24,000 nucleotides of DNA from assembly GCF_010122465.1 (NCBI RefSeq), contig NZ_WLZY01000005.1, forward strand, positions 218,901 to 242,900, in the 5' to 3' direction. Position numbers and translations under genes: made by a program. The stretch's first letter is position 1. Each line of letters starts with the position of its first letter. This stretch comes from Phytoactinopolyspora mesophila. Lineage in GTDB: Bacteria > Actinomycetota > Actinomycetes > Jiangellales > Jiangellaceae. The notes under the pieces are model-generated. The model did not search any database and was not told the origin of the DNA. It saw only the letters and a program-made list of their open reading frames with translations. Of this stretch, positions 8,504 through 16,073 are shown one piece after another.

Positions 8504-10084
8504 ATGAGCGCGACAACGGAGTCCGGGCTGCCGATCGAACCCGTCTACGGCCCGGAAGCACTGGATGGCTGGGATCCTGACACGAAGCTGGGGGAGCCGG
8601 GAGCTTATCCGTTCACCCGGGGTGTGTACCCGAACATGTACACCGGCCGGCCGTGGACCATGCGGCAGTACGCCGGCTTCGGGACCGCCGCGGAGTCCAA
8701 CCGGCGCTACCACCAGCTGGTGGAGGCCGGTACGGGAGGGCTGTCGGTGGCCTTCGATCTGCCGACGCAGATGGGTTTCGACTCCGACGCCGCGTTGGTC
8801 AAGGGTGAGGTAGGCAAGGTCGGCGTCGCCATCGACTCGATCGAAGACATGCGGACCCTGTTCGACGGCATCCCGCTGGACCAGGTTTCGACGTCGATGA
8901 CCATCAACGCTCCAGCCGCGCTGCTCCTATTGCTCTATGAACTCGTCGGCGCCGAGCAGGGGGTCGCCGGAGACAAACTCACCGGGACCATCCAGAACGA
9001 TGTACTCAAGGAATACATCGCCCGGGGCACCTATATCTTTCCGCCCGCGGCCTCGCTACGGCTGGTGAGCGACATCTTCGCCTACTGCCGGCGGGAACTC
9101 CCGCGCTGGAACATGATCTCGATCTCCGGCTATCACATGGCCGAGGCCGGTGCCAATCCCGCGCAGGAGGTCGCGTTCACGCTGGCCAACGCCAAGGAAT
9201 ACGTGCGTGCGGCATTGTCGGCCGGACTCGAGGTCGACGAATTCGCGCCCAGGTTGTCCTTCTTCTTCGTCTCGCGGACCTCGTTCCTCGAAGAGGTCGC
9301 CAAGTTCCGCGCCGCCCGCCGGATCTGGGCGCAGATGATGCGGGACGAGTTCGGCGCCAAGAACCCCAAGTCGCAGATGCTCCGGTTTCACACCCAGACC
9401 GCCGGTGTCCAGCTCACCGCACAGCAGCCGGAGGTCAACCTGGTCCGGGTGGCGGTCCAGGCGATGGCGGCGGTGCTGGGCGGAACGCAGTCGTTGCACA
9501 CCAACGCCTACGACGAAGCCATCGCTCTGCCCACGGAGAAGGCGGCGCGACTGGCTCTGCGCACGCAGCAGGTGCTGGCGCACGAGACCGACATTACCCG
9601 CACGGTGGACCCGTTCGCGGGCTCCTACGCGGTCGAGTCGATGACCGACGATCTCGAAGAAGCTGCCCGGGATCTCATGCGCCAGGTCGACGACCTCGGT
9701 GGTGCGGTCGCGGCTATCGAACGCGGCTTCCAGAAGCAGGAGATCGAGCGGTCCGCCTATGCCGTAGCGCAGGAGATCGACCACGGCGATCGGGTCGTCG
9801 TCGGGGTCAACCGCTACAACTCCGACGGCGAGGAGCCGTATGAGCCGCTGCGGGTGGACCCGGAGCTCGAGGCTCAGCAGATCGAGCGGCTGGCGCGGGT
9901 TCGTGAGTCACGGTCGGCCGCCGACGTCGAGCGTTGCCTCGGGGCGTTGCGAGATGCCGCGGCCGGGAAAGCCAACGTGATGGACCCGATGCGTGAGGCA
10001 CTCGCCGCCCGCGCCACCGTCGGTGAGGTGTGTGATGCGCTGCGCGAGACCTGGGGCGTGTACCAGCCCCCGTCGACCCTCTGA
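8504..10084 (+). CDS. Methylmalonyl-CoA mutase family large (substrate-binding TIM-barrel) subunit, without a B12-binding domain
   Basis: 526-aa ORF with GCGAGG as RBS. Strong family motifs are present: [78 protein letters not shown]. The protein ends where the linker to the cobalamin-binding domain would begin, and there is no DxHxxG module. Confidence 0.93.
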   Translation: MSATTESGLPIEPVYGPEALDGWDPDTKLGEPGAYPFTRGVYPNMYTGRPWTMRQYAGFGTAAESNRRYHQLVEAGTGGLSVAFDLPTQMGFDSDAALVKGEVGKVGVAIDSIEDMRTLFDGIPLDQVSTSMTINAPAALLLLLYELVGAEQGVAGDKLTGTIQNDVLKEYIARGTYIFPPAASLRLVSDIFAYCRRELPRWNMISISGYHMAEAGANPAQEVAFTLANAKEYVRAALSAGLEVDEFAPRLSFFFVSRTSFLEEVAKFRAARRIWAQMMRDEFGAKNPKSQMLRFHTQTAGVQLTAQQPEVNLVRVAVQAMAAVLGGTQSLHTNAYDEAIALPTEKAARLALRTQQVLAHETDITRTVDPFAGSYAVESMTDDLEEAARDLMRQVDDLGGAVAAIERGFQKQEIERSAYAVAQEIDHGDRVVVGVNRYNSDGEEPYEPLRVDPELEAQQIERLARVRESRSAADVERCLGALRDAAAGKANVMDPMREALAARATVGEVCDALRETWGVYQPPSTL

Positions 10085-10089
10085 CCACC

Positions 10090-10208
10090 GTGATCGTGAG
10101 TGGTTTCCTGCCCTTTCCCCAGTGATCGTGAGCGCGATCACGTCGTCATGGCGTCCAGGATCCGCTCATGATCACGGGCGTGTGGAGCGGGATCCTGATC
10201 ACGATCAC
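10090..10208. repeat. 119-bp nested inverted-repeat element, copy E1
   Basis: Four copies of a 12-mer: GTGATCGTGAGt (10090-10101, +), GTGATCGTGAGC (10122-10133, +), GCTCATGATCAC (10164-10175, inverted) and GATCACGATCAC (10197-10208, inverted). The geometry is the same as the element at 18481-18599. It shares the 20-mer TCCGCTCATGATCACGGGCG (10161-10180) with 18585-18604. It starts 5 nt after the mcm stop. Confidence 0.8.
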
Positions 10209-10260
10209 CGGCTGTGGCGATAGAGTGTGGCGCTGTCCGCAGGGCAACGGGAGGAACTTG

Positions 10261-10971
10261 ATGGCAGCCGGCACGGGGATCGCGAAGCATGCGCTGGCCT
10301 GTGCGACGGTGGCAGCGCTGGCCGTCACGGCGTGCGGCGCGGACCGGGAGGAGCCAGAAGGGCTGGGTACCGAAACGCCGGCGGCAACGGATCCGGCCGC
10401 CGACCCCACCGGTGAGGCGACCGGCAATGCGGACGCCACGCCCGGTTCTGACGAGGACGACGTCGATCCGACTGCCGAGCCGGAGGCGTCGTTCACCCAG
10501 CCGCATCTGCCCACCGAAGAGCCGAGCGTCATCGAACTCGACGACGAACTCCCGGTACAGCCGCCAGGCGATGTCAGCGACGACGAACGCGAGGTCCTGG
10601 AAGCGGCCGGCCGGTTCATGGCCACCTGGCAAGCCGTGCTGTTCGGCGCCGACGCGGAACACTCGCGCCTGTATGACACGACCACGGGCGTCCAGCTCGA
10701 CCGTCTCACCTCTCTCATCGACGAGATGGCCGAAGATGAGTGGGTTTTTGTCGGCGAGCCGATGGAACTTGAGGCGCTGAGCGTGAGTGTGGGAGGCGGC
10801 GAGGCCGAGGCCGATCTCTGTATCGGGCTGCCAGGCTGGATCGAGATCCGTGGCGGCGTCGGCGCACCGTTCGGCAGTGTGGAGCGGTATCTGATCAGCT
10901 TGTGGATGGAAGACGGCCGGTGGATGGTGACGGACGCGACCTCGCAAGACACCGCCGAGTGCGACTTTTAG
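10261..10971 (+). CDS. Lipoprotein, uncharacterised family (paralog L2 of 7568..8275)
   Basis: I prefer the ATG at 10261 because GGGAGG lies 6 nt upstream. The track ORF start at 10168 would translate through repeat element E1. Signal peptide with lipobox VTAC|GA, an acidic/Pro-rich linker, and a conserved FTQPHLP...AAGRF..W block shared with L1. Confidence 0.8.
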   Translation: MAAGTGIAKHALACATVAALAVTACGADREEPEGLGTETPAATDPAADPTGEATGNADATPGSDEDDVDPTAEPEASFTQPHLPTEEPSVIELDDELPVQPPGDVSDDEREVLEAAGRFMATWQAVLFGADAEHSRLYDTTTGVQLDRLTSLIDEMAEDEWVFVGEPMELEALSVSVGGGEAEADLCIGLPGWIEIRGGVGAPFGSVERYLISLWMEDGRWMVTDATSQDTAECDF

Positions 10972-11076
10972 TCCTCTGCGCAGAGTGGGCTTGAGCGACC
11001 GACAGCGTCCCACACCGGATCAAGGGCTGTTATTCTACCGTGGTCCGGACCCCGACATGTCGAGGTGTATGGAGAT

Positions 11077-12135
11077 ATGCGCAGGACGTCCCGTATCGCA
11101 GCCTGTGTCGCACTGGTTGCCGGGGGCTCGCTGGCGTTGACTACGGTGGCCGCAGCCGATCTGCCTGGCGGGGACAACGATGGCGAGTCTGGGTACTACG
11201 TCGAAGTCGGCGTCGATCTCAGCGGCGACGCCGCGCCCGATGGCGGGGGTTACTACAGTTTCTATATCCCGCCGCTGTGCTATTGGGGTCCGTTCCGAGG
11301 TTTGGCTGACGGGCCGGATCATGGTGACGGAACCGACATGCAGAAGGTTCTGGACTACATGGAGTACGCCTATAACATCCCGCTGAAGGATGGCTCCGGA
11401 TATTGGGTGCCGTACTACGGGCCGTTGAGTCGTTACGAAGAAGCCCTCGAGCGGGAAGAAGATGGCGAGGACCTCATCTGGTACTCCCTATACTGCAACA
11501 TTCACTACGGAGACGAGCGCGCCATCGAATTCGCCGATGGGGAGTACAACGGCGGCGCGCTACTCACCGGCCTGCGGACTCAGGGCGAAGAGCCCGAGAT
11601 CCTGATCGACCCCGAGGATCTGGCAGAGGCGGCTCGGGATGAGATGGTGATCGACCTCCCGGACATCGATCGCAATCCGCAGATGGCTGGTTCCAATGCG
11701 GGCGCGACGCTGGTCAACATTCCGACCTGGTTCTGGGTGACCAACCCGGACAGCGTGGGTGGCCCGGATGGTGAACGCAATATCCGCGCGGAGGTAGTCG
11801 GCGGTGATGTGTGGGCGGAGGTCACAGCCCAGACCGGGGGGTTGTCGATCGGCTCGCCGAACGGCAGCGCGTTCTGTGATCCGTCGGTTGCCCTGATCGA
11901 GTGGGGTGACGACGCGAGTGACGACGACGCCTGCACGGTGAGTTTCAGCCGCGCCTCGGTCAGCTACCCGGACGGCTACCCGGTCACCGCGTCCACCGAA
12001 TGGTCGGCGACCTGGGAAGGTGTCACCCAGGACGGTGAGGCGGTCGGCGGCGATCTTGAGCCCCTTTCCCGGCAAGCCGCTCCGGTTGATATTCCGGTGG
12101 CGGAGATCCAGTCGATCGTGCGCGGGTTGCGTTGA
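11077..12135 (+). CDS. Secreted Cys-containing protein, uncharacterised family (paralog S2)
   Basis: In-frame starts are GTG at 11065 (track) or ATG at 11077, which gives MRRTSRIAACVALVAGGSLALTTVAAA|DLPGG. The C-terminal half is ~85-90% identical in protein to S3 and clearly homologous to S1 (VNIPTWFWV, FCDP...DDACTVSF, SYPDGYPVTASTEWSATWEG, VAEIQSIVRGLR). Confidence 0.8.
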   Translation: MRRTSRIAACVALVAGGSLALTTVAAADLPGGDNDGESGYYVEVGVDLSGDAAPDGGGYYSFYIPPLCYWGPFRGLADGPDHGDGTDMQKVLDYMEYAYNIPLKDGSGYWVPYYGPLSRYEEALEREEDGEDLIWYSLYCNIHYGDERAIEFADGEYNGGALLTGLRTQGEEPEILIDPEDLAEAARDEMVIDLPDIDRNPQMAGSNAGATLVNIPTWFWVTNPDSVGGPDGERNIRAEVVGGDVWAEVTAQTGGLSIGSPNGSAFCDPSVALIEWGDDASDDDACTVSFSRASVSYPDGYPVTASTEWSATWEGVTQDGEAVGGDLEPLSRQAAPVDIPVAEIQSIVRGLR

Positions 12136-12150
12136 GGATTCGGAGCCGAG

Positions 12151-13206
12151 ATGCCGAGACCTGCACCAGGCAAGCGGAGGACCATTAGCAGCGGAACTGG
12201 GCTCGCGCTCGCGGCCGCGGTTTCGCTGGCTTTGCCCGGGATCGCCGTGGCCGATCTGCCCGGAGGCGGTGACGACGACGGGTACACGGTGGCCGTCAAT
12301 GTCCGGTTCAGCGGCGACGCCGCGCCGGGCGGCGGTGGCAGCTATACGGTCTACGTACCGCCCATCTGCTGGTGGGAACAGATGCCGAGCAACAACGTGG
12401 ACCCCACCGATCCGGAAGCGGTCTACGAGTACTACATGGAAGAAATCAGGGGCGGTGGTCGTACCCCCAGAGAAGTTCTCCAGTGGCCGGACGAAGAAGT
12501 CTTCCTCGATGCTATCGAGCGGGAAGAGAACGGCGAGAACATCACCTGGTACTGGATCTCCCACCGCTCGGCCAATCGGGCTCCGTGTTCGCCGCAGATA
12601 CGTGACTACGGGGATAGCTGGAACAACGCGATCGTGATCTACTCCCCGTTCGCGCACAACGAGCCGCCGGAGCCGGCGGTGGATCCGGAGGTTCTGGCGG
12701 AGGCGGCTCGAGATCGGATGGTGATCGATCGGCCGGAGGTCGATCGCAATCCGAAGATGGCTGGCTCCAACGCGGGGGCGACGCTGGTCAATGTGCCGAC
12801 CTGGTTCTGGGTGACCAATCCGGACAGTGTGGGTGGACCGGATGGCGAGCGCAGTATTCGTGCGGAGGTTGTTGGTGGCGACGTGTGGGCCGAGGTGACG
12901 GCGCGGACGGGTGGCCTGTCGATCTCATCACCGAGTGGGAACACATTCTGTGATCCGTCGGTGGCCGTGGTCGCGTGGGGTGATGGCGCCAGCGACGACG
13001 ATGCGTGCACGGTGAGTTTCAGCCGGGCCTCGGTCAGCTACCCGGACGGTTACCCGGTCACCGCGTCCACGGAGTGGTCGGCGACGTGGGAAGGCGTGAC
13101 CCAGGACGGCGAAGGGGTCGGTGGGGACCTCGCGCCGCTGTCTCGCCAAACGAGCGTCGACGTACCGGTGGCCGAGATCCAGTCGATTGTCCGGGGTCTG
13201 CGCTGA
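12151..13206 (+). CDS. Secreted Cys-containing protein, uncharacterised family (paralog S3, tandem duplicate of S2)
   Basis: 351-aa ORF beginning 15 nt after the S2 stop, with GGAG 5 nt upstream. Signal peptide ...LALAAAVSLALPGIAVA|DLPGG. It shares the DLPGG..SGDAAP.GGG.Y..Y.PP.C.W N-terminal block and the C-terminal domain with S2. Confidence 0.85.
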   Translation: MPRPAPGKRRTISSGTGLALAAAVSLALPGIAVADLPGGGDDDGYTVAVNVRFSGDAAPGGGGSYTVYVPPICWWEQMPSNNVDPTDPEAVYEYYMEEIRGGGRTPREVLQWPDEEVFLDAIEREENGENITWYWISHRSANRAPCSPQIRDYGDSWNNAIVIYSPFAHNEPPEPAVDPEVLAEAARDRMVIDRPEVDRNPKMAGSNAGATLVNVPTWFWVTNPDSVGGPDGERSIRAEVVGGDVWAEVTARTGGLSISSPSGNTFCDPSVAVVAWGDGASDDDACTVSFSRASVSYPDGYPVTASTEWSATWEGVTQDGEGVGGDLAPLSRQTSVDVPVAEIQSIVRGLR

Positions 13207-13351
13207 CCTGCGGTGAACGTGACACGCGCAGTTCGCTTTCGTTCTTGTAACAACGTCGAATCCGTGTCGCTTGGTGCGGATTCTGCGGATACGCTCTCCG
13301 TTCTCGGGCCAATACTGTCTGCCCGAGCATGTTCAGCGGAGGGAGCGGCCC

Positions 13352-14380
13352 GTGCCACGGGTTCTGAAGGTTGCTGCGGGCGTCGCCGGCTTGGCGTTGT
13401 TGCTCGGAGCGTGCGCAAGTGATGATGATGACGCAGGCGATTCGAACGGTTCGGGCGAGGACCTCCAAGTAGGGCTTGCCTTCGATATCGGGGGTCGGGG
13501 AGACCGGTCGTTCAATGATTCGGCGGCAGCCGGGATCGAGCGGGCTCGTGACGAGCTTGGCATCGAATTCCAGGAACTGTCCCCCAACCCGGACGGTTCC
13601 AATCGAGGTGAACTACTACGGGAGCTCGCGGACGGCGGGCACGATCCCATCTTCGGTATCGGGTACGCCTTCTTCGAAGAGATGGACACCGTCGCCGAGG
13701 AGTATCCGGAGGTGCAGTTCGTTCGCGTCGACGGGCCCCCGAGTGATCTCGACAACGTCGCCGTGATGACGTTCGCCGACCACGAGGGTTCTTTCCTGAT
13801 GGGTGTGGCGGCTGCGCTGACCACGGAGAGCGGCGAGGTCGGCATCATCGGCGGTAACGAAGGTGCGGTCATCAATGCCTTCGGCGCCGGTTTCAAGCAG
13901 GGAGTTGAAGCGGCCGATCCGGGGATTGAGATCACCGACCAGCGCCTGGCGTCGGGTGAAGACCCGAGCGGGTTCGCGGACGCAGCTGGTGCGAGGGTTG
14001 CGGCTGAGGCCATGTACGAGCGCGGAATCGACGTCATCTACACCCCTGCGGGTGACTCGAACGTTGGGACGTTCCAGGCGGCCGCGGACGCAGGTGCCTG
14101 GGCGATCGGAACCGACTCCGACCAGTACGAGACGGTCGGCGACCCCGAGCTGCAGGACGTCATTCTCACGTCCATGCTCAAGCGCGTCGACACCGCCGTA
14201 TTCGAGAGCATCAGCACCTACGCTGACGAGGGTTCAGTCGAGTCCAAGGCGTACGACTTGTCGGACGAGGGCGTCGGGTATGCCACCAGTGGCGGATTCC
14301 TCGATGACATCACTGACGAGCTCGAGGAATACAAACAGCAGATCATCGACGGCGAGATCGAGGTCAGTTCCACCGAGTGA
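13352..14380 (+). CDS. BMP-family ABC transporter substrate-binding lipoprotein (nucleoside-type, PnrA/NupN-like)
   Basis: I prefer the GTG at 13352 because GGAGGGAG lies just upstream; the track ORF starts at 13271. Lipobox LLGAC|AS. Typical BMP/Med-family sequence (VGLAFDIGGRGDRSFND, GYAFFEEM, GGNEGAVINAFGAGF). It is the first gene of the ABC operon next to cdd/deoA. Confidence 0.88.
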   Translation: MPRVLKVAAGVAGLALLLGACASDDDDAGDSNGSGEDLQVGLAFDIGGRGDRSFNDSAAAGIERARDELGIEFQELSPNPDGSNRGELLRELADGGHDPIFGIGYAFFEEMDTVAEEYPEVQFVRVDGPPSDLDNVAVMTFADHEGSFLMGVAAALTTESGEVGIIGGNEGAVINAFGAGFKQGVEAADPGIEITDQRLASGEDPSGFADAAGARVAAEAMYERGIDVIYTPAGDSNVGTFQAAADAGAWAIGTDSDQYETVGDPELQDVILTSMLKRVDTAVFESISTYADEGSVESKAYDLSDEGVGYATSGGFLDDITDELEEYKQQIIDGEIEVSSTE

Positions 14381-14418
14381 CGGTCGCGTACCGCAGACCA
14401 ACGCACAGCGACGCCATC

Positions 14419-14460
14419 GTCCTGCGCTGGTAGTCCGCAAACCGACTGCCGGCGCAGGAC
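14419..14460 (+). promoter_or_regulatory. 17-bp intercistronic stem-loop between the binding-protein and ATPase genes
   Basis: 14419-14435 (GTCCTGCGCTGGTAGTC) pairs with 14444-14460 (GACTGCCGGCGCAGGAC): 15 Watson-Crick pairs plus 2 G-U pairs and an 8-nt loop. No U-tract follows, so it looks like an mRNA-stabilising or attenuating hairpin rather than a full terminator. Confidence 0.55.
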
Positions 14461-14492
14461 AATGGTCACGCGGAGCGGTGAAATAGGGGGTC

Positions 14493-16073
14493 ATGGACAA
14501 CGCCGAGAACGCAGGTGATGCACCTGCTGAAGCGGCTGGCGAGACTGCCATCGAGCTCACGGGCATTACCAAACGGTTCCCGGGCGTGATCGCCAATCGG
14601 GATGTTCATCTTCAGGTGAACCGTGGTGAGGTGCATGCCGTCGTCGGCGAGAATGGTGCCGGCAAGTCGACGCTGATGAAGATCCTCTACGGGATGTACC
14701 GGCCGGATGAGGGCGTCATCGCGGTGGATGGCAAACCGGTCGACTTCCATGGGCCGAAAGACGCTATCGCGGCCGGTATCGGCATGGTGCACCAGCATTT
14801 CATGCTGGCCGACAACTTCACAGTGCTCGAGAACATCGTGCTCGGCGCCGAGCCTCGGCGGGGTATCCGGCTCGATTTCGCTGCCGCCAGGCGCCAGATC
14901 ATCGAGCTCTCCGAACGCTACGGACTGGGACTACGCCCTGGGCGGCTGGTAGAGGAACTCAGCGTCGCGGCCAGACAACGCGTCGAGATCGCCAAGGTCT
15001 TGTTCCGTGGTGCCCGGGTGCTCATCCTGGACGAGCCAACCGCCGTCCTGGTGCCGCAGGAAGTCGACGCGCTGTTCTCGAATCTAGGACAACTCCGAGA
15101 AGCGGGCCTCTCGGTCATCTTCATCAGCCACAAGCTCGACGAGGTGCGCCAGGTAGCCGACCGGGTCACGGTGATCCGTCGCGGCGAGACGGTGGCCACC
15201 GTCGACCCGCGTGCGACGTCGTCGCGTGAGCTGGCGCACCTGATGGTTGGCAGCGAACTGCCGACACCGGAGACCACCGAGTCCACCGTGACCGAGCAGG
15301 TCGAGCTGTCCGTGCGTGGAGTTACCATCGGCGCAGACGACGGGCCGGACCTCCTCCAGGACATCAGCTTTGACGTGCGCCGCGGGGAGATCGTTGGGTT
15401 CGCCGGTGTCGAAGGCAACGGCCAGAGCGAACTCGTCGAAGCCATCATGGGGTTGCGTCCGCTTGATGCTGGAAGCATCGAAATCGGTAGTCAGGATGTC
15501 ACCAGCTGGTCGTCGCACCGCCGCCGGGTGAGCGGAGTCGGATTCATACCCGAGGACCGTCATCGGCAGGCATTACTTCTCGAGGCGCCATTGTGGGAAA
15601 ACCGGCTGCTCGGATGGCACAGCCAGGCGCCGGCTGGCGGACGATTCTGGATCAACCCGGCGATCGCGCGTGCCGAGACCGTGAAGATCATGAAAGAGTA
15701 CGACGTCCGCGCACCCGGCCCAGAGACGCTGGCCACCGCATTGTCCGGTGGTAACCAGCAGAAGTTCGTGATCGGCAGGGAGATGAGCACCGACCTGAGG
15801 GTGCTGGTCGCCGCCCACCCCACTCGGGGGATCGACGTGGGGGCGCAGGCGGCGGTCTGGGACCGGCTGCGCGAAGCCCGGGCCGCCGGCTTGGCTACGG
15901 TGCTCTTGTCGGCCGACCTGGAGGAGCTGCTGGGCCTGTCCGACACCCTTTATGTGTTGTTCAGCGGCCGGATCGTCGCCAAGCTCGATCCGGCCGCTGT
16001 CACCCCTGAGATCCTGGGCGCGCACATGACTGGTGCGGCGGCCGGACCCGACGAGGCGGGAGAGCCGACATGA
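14493..16073 (+). CDS. ABC transporter ATP-binding protein with two fused ABC domains (BMP/nucleoside-sugar class)
   Basis: 526-aa ORF with AGGGGG as RBS. The first domain has Walker A GENGAGKST, signature LSVAARQRVEI and Walker B VLILDEPT. The second domain has GVEGNGQSEL, LSGGNQQK and a Walker-B-like segment. Confidence 0.93.
   Translation: MDNAENAGDAPAEAAGETAIELTGITKRFPGVIANRDVHLQVNRGEVHAVVGENGAGKSTLMKILYGMYRPDEGVIAVDGKPVDFHGPKDAIAAGIGMVHQHFMLADNFTVLENIVLGAEPRRGIRLDFAAARRQIIELSERYGLGLRPGRLVEELSVAARQRVEIAKVLFRGARVLILDEPTAVLVPQEVDALFSNLGQLREAGLSVIFISHKLDEVRQVADRVTVIRRGETVATVDPRATSSRELAHLMVGSELPTPETTESTVTEQVELSVRGVTIGADDGPDLLQDISFDVRRGEIVGFAGVEGNGQSELVEAIMGLRPLDAGSIEIGSQDVTSWSSHRRRVSGVGFIPEDRHRQALLLEAPLWENRLLGWHSQAPAGGRFWINPAIARAETVKIMKEYDVRAPGPETLATALSGGNQQKFVIGREMSTDLRVLVAAHPTRGIDVGAQAAVWDRLREARAAGLATVLLSADLEELLGLSDTLYVLFSGRIVAKLDPAAVTPEILGAHMTGAAAGPDEAGEPT

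Noticed and set aside
10090-10208. Possibility that the repeated GTGATCGTGAGC motifs are a small CRISPR array
   Set aside because: The repeats are only 12 bp, occur in both orientations within each locus and number four per locus. The spacers are fixed in length and partly homologous between loci, and no cas genes are present.
10168-10260. N-terminal extension of the L2 ORF (MITGVWSGILITITGCG...) that superficially resembles a second lipobox-bearing signal peptide
   Set aside because: It is translated from repeat element E1 itself and has no RBS. The downstream ATG at 10261 has a GGGAGG RBS and a proper lipoprotein signal peptide.
11077-11110. Twin-arginine (Tat) signal in S2/S3 (MRRTSRIA..., GKRRTISSG...)
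   Set aside because: An RR pair is present, but the surrounding residues do not fit the S/T-R-R-x-F-L-K consensus well. A Sec signal peptide is the simpler reading. This remains unresolved without a predictor.
10138-12657. Minus-strand ORFs 10138..11013, 10146..10952 and 11560..12657 opposite L2/S2/S3
   Set aside because: Same shadow-ORF reasoning. The plus-strand frames have signal peptides, RBSs and paralog conservation; the minus frames have none of these.
13207-13351. Purine/nucleoside riboswitch in the leader of the BMP ABC operon
   Set aside because: There is no match to the conserved purine-riboswitch junction and loop sequences. I see only a 7-bp hairpin (CTCGGGC 13303-13309 / GCCCGAG 13321-13327) and a weak stem followed by the T-rich TTCGCTTTCGTTCTT, which more likely ends the S3 transcript.
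4205-13351. Calling the accessory block a genomic island, prophage or ICE
   Set aside because: No integrase, recombinase, transposase, tRNA attachment site, phage or conjugation genes, or flanking direct repeats are recognisable. Only the orphan gene region shows visibly deviant composition.
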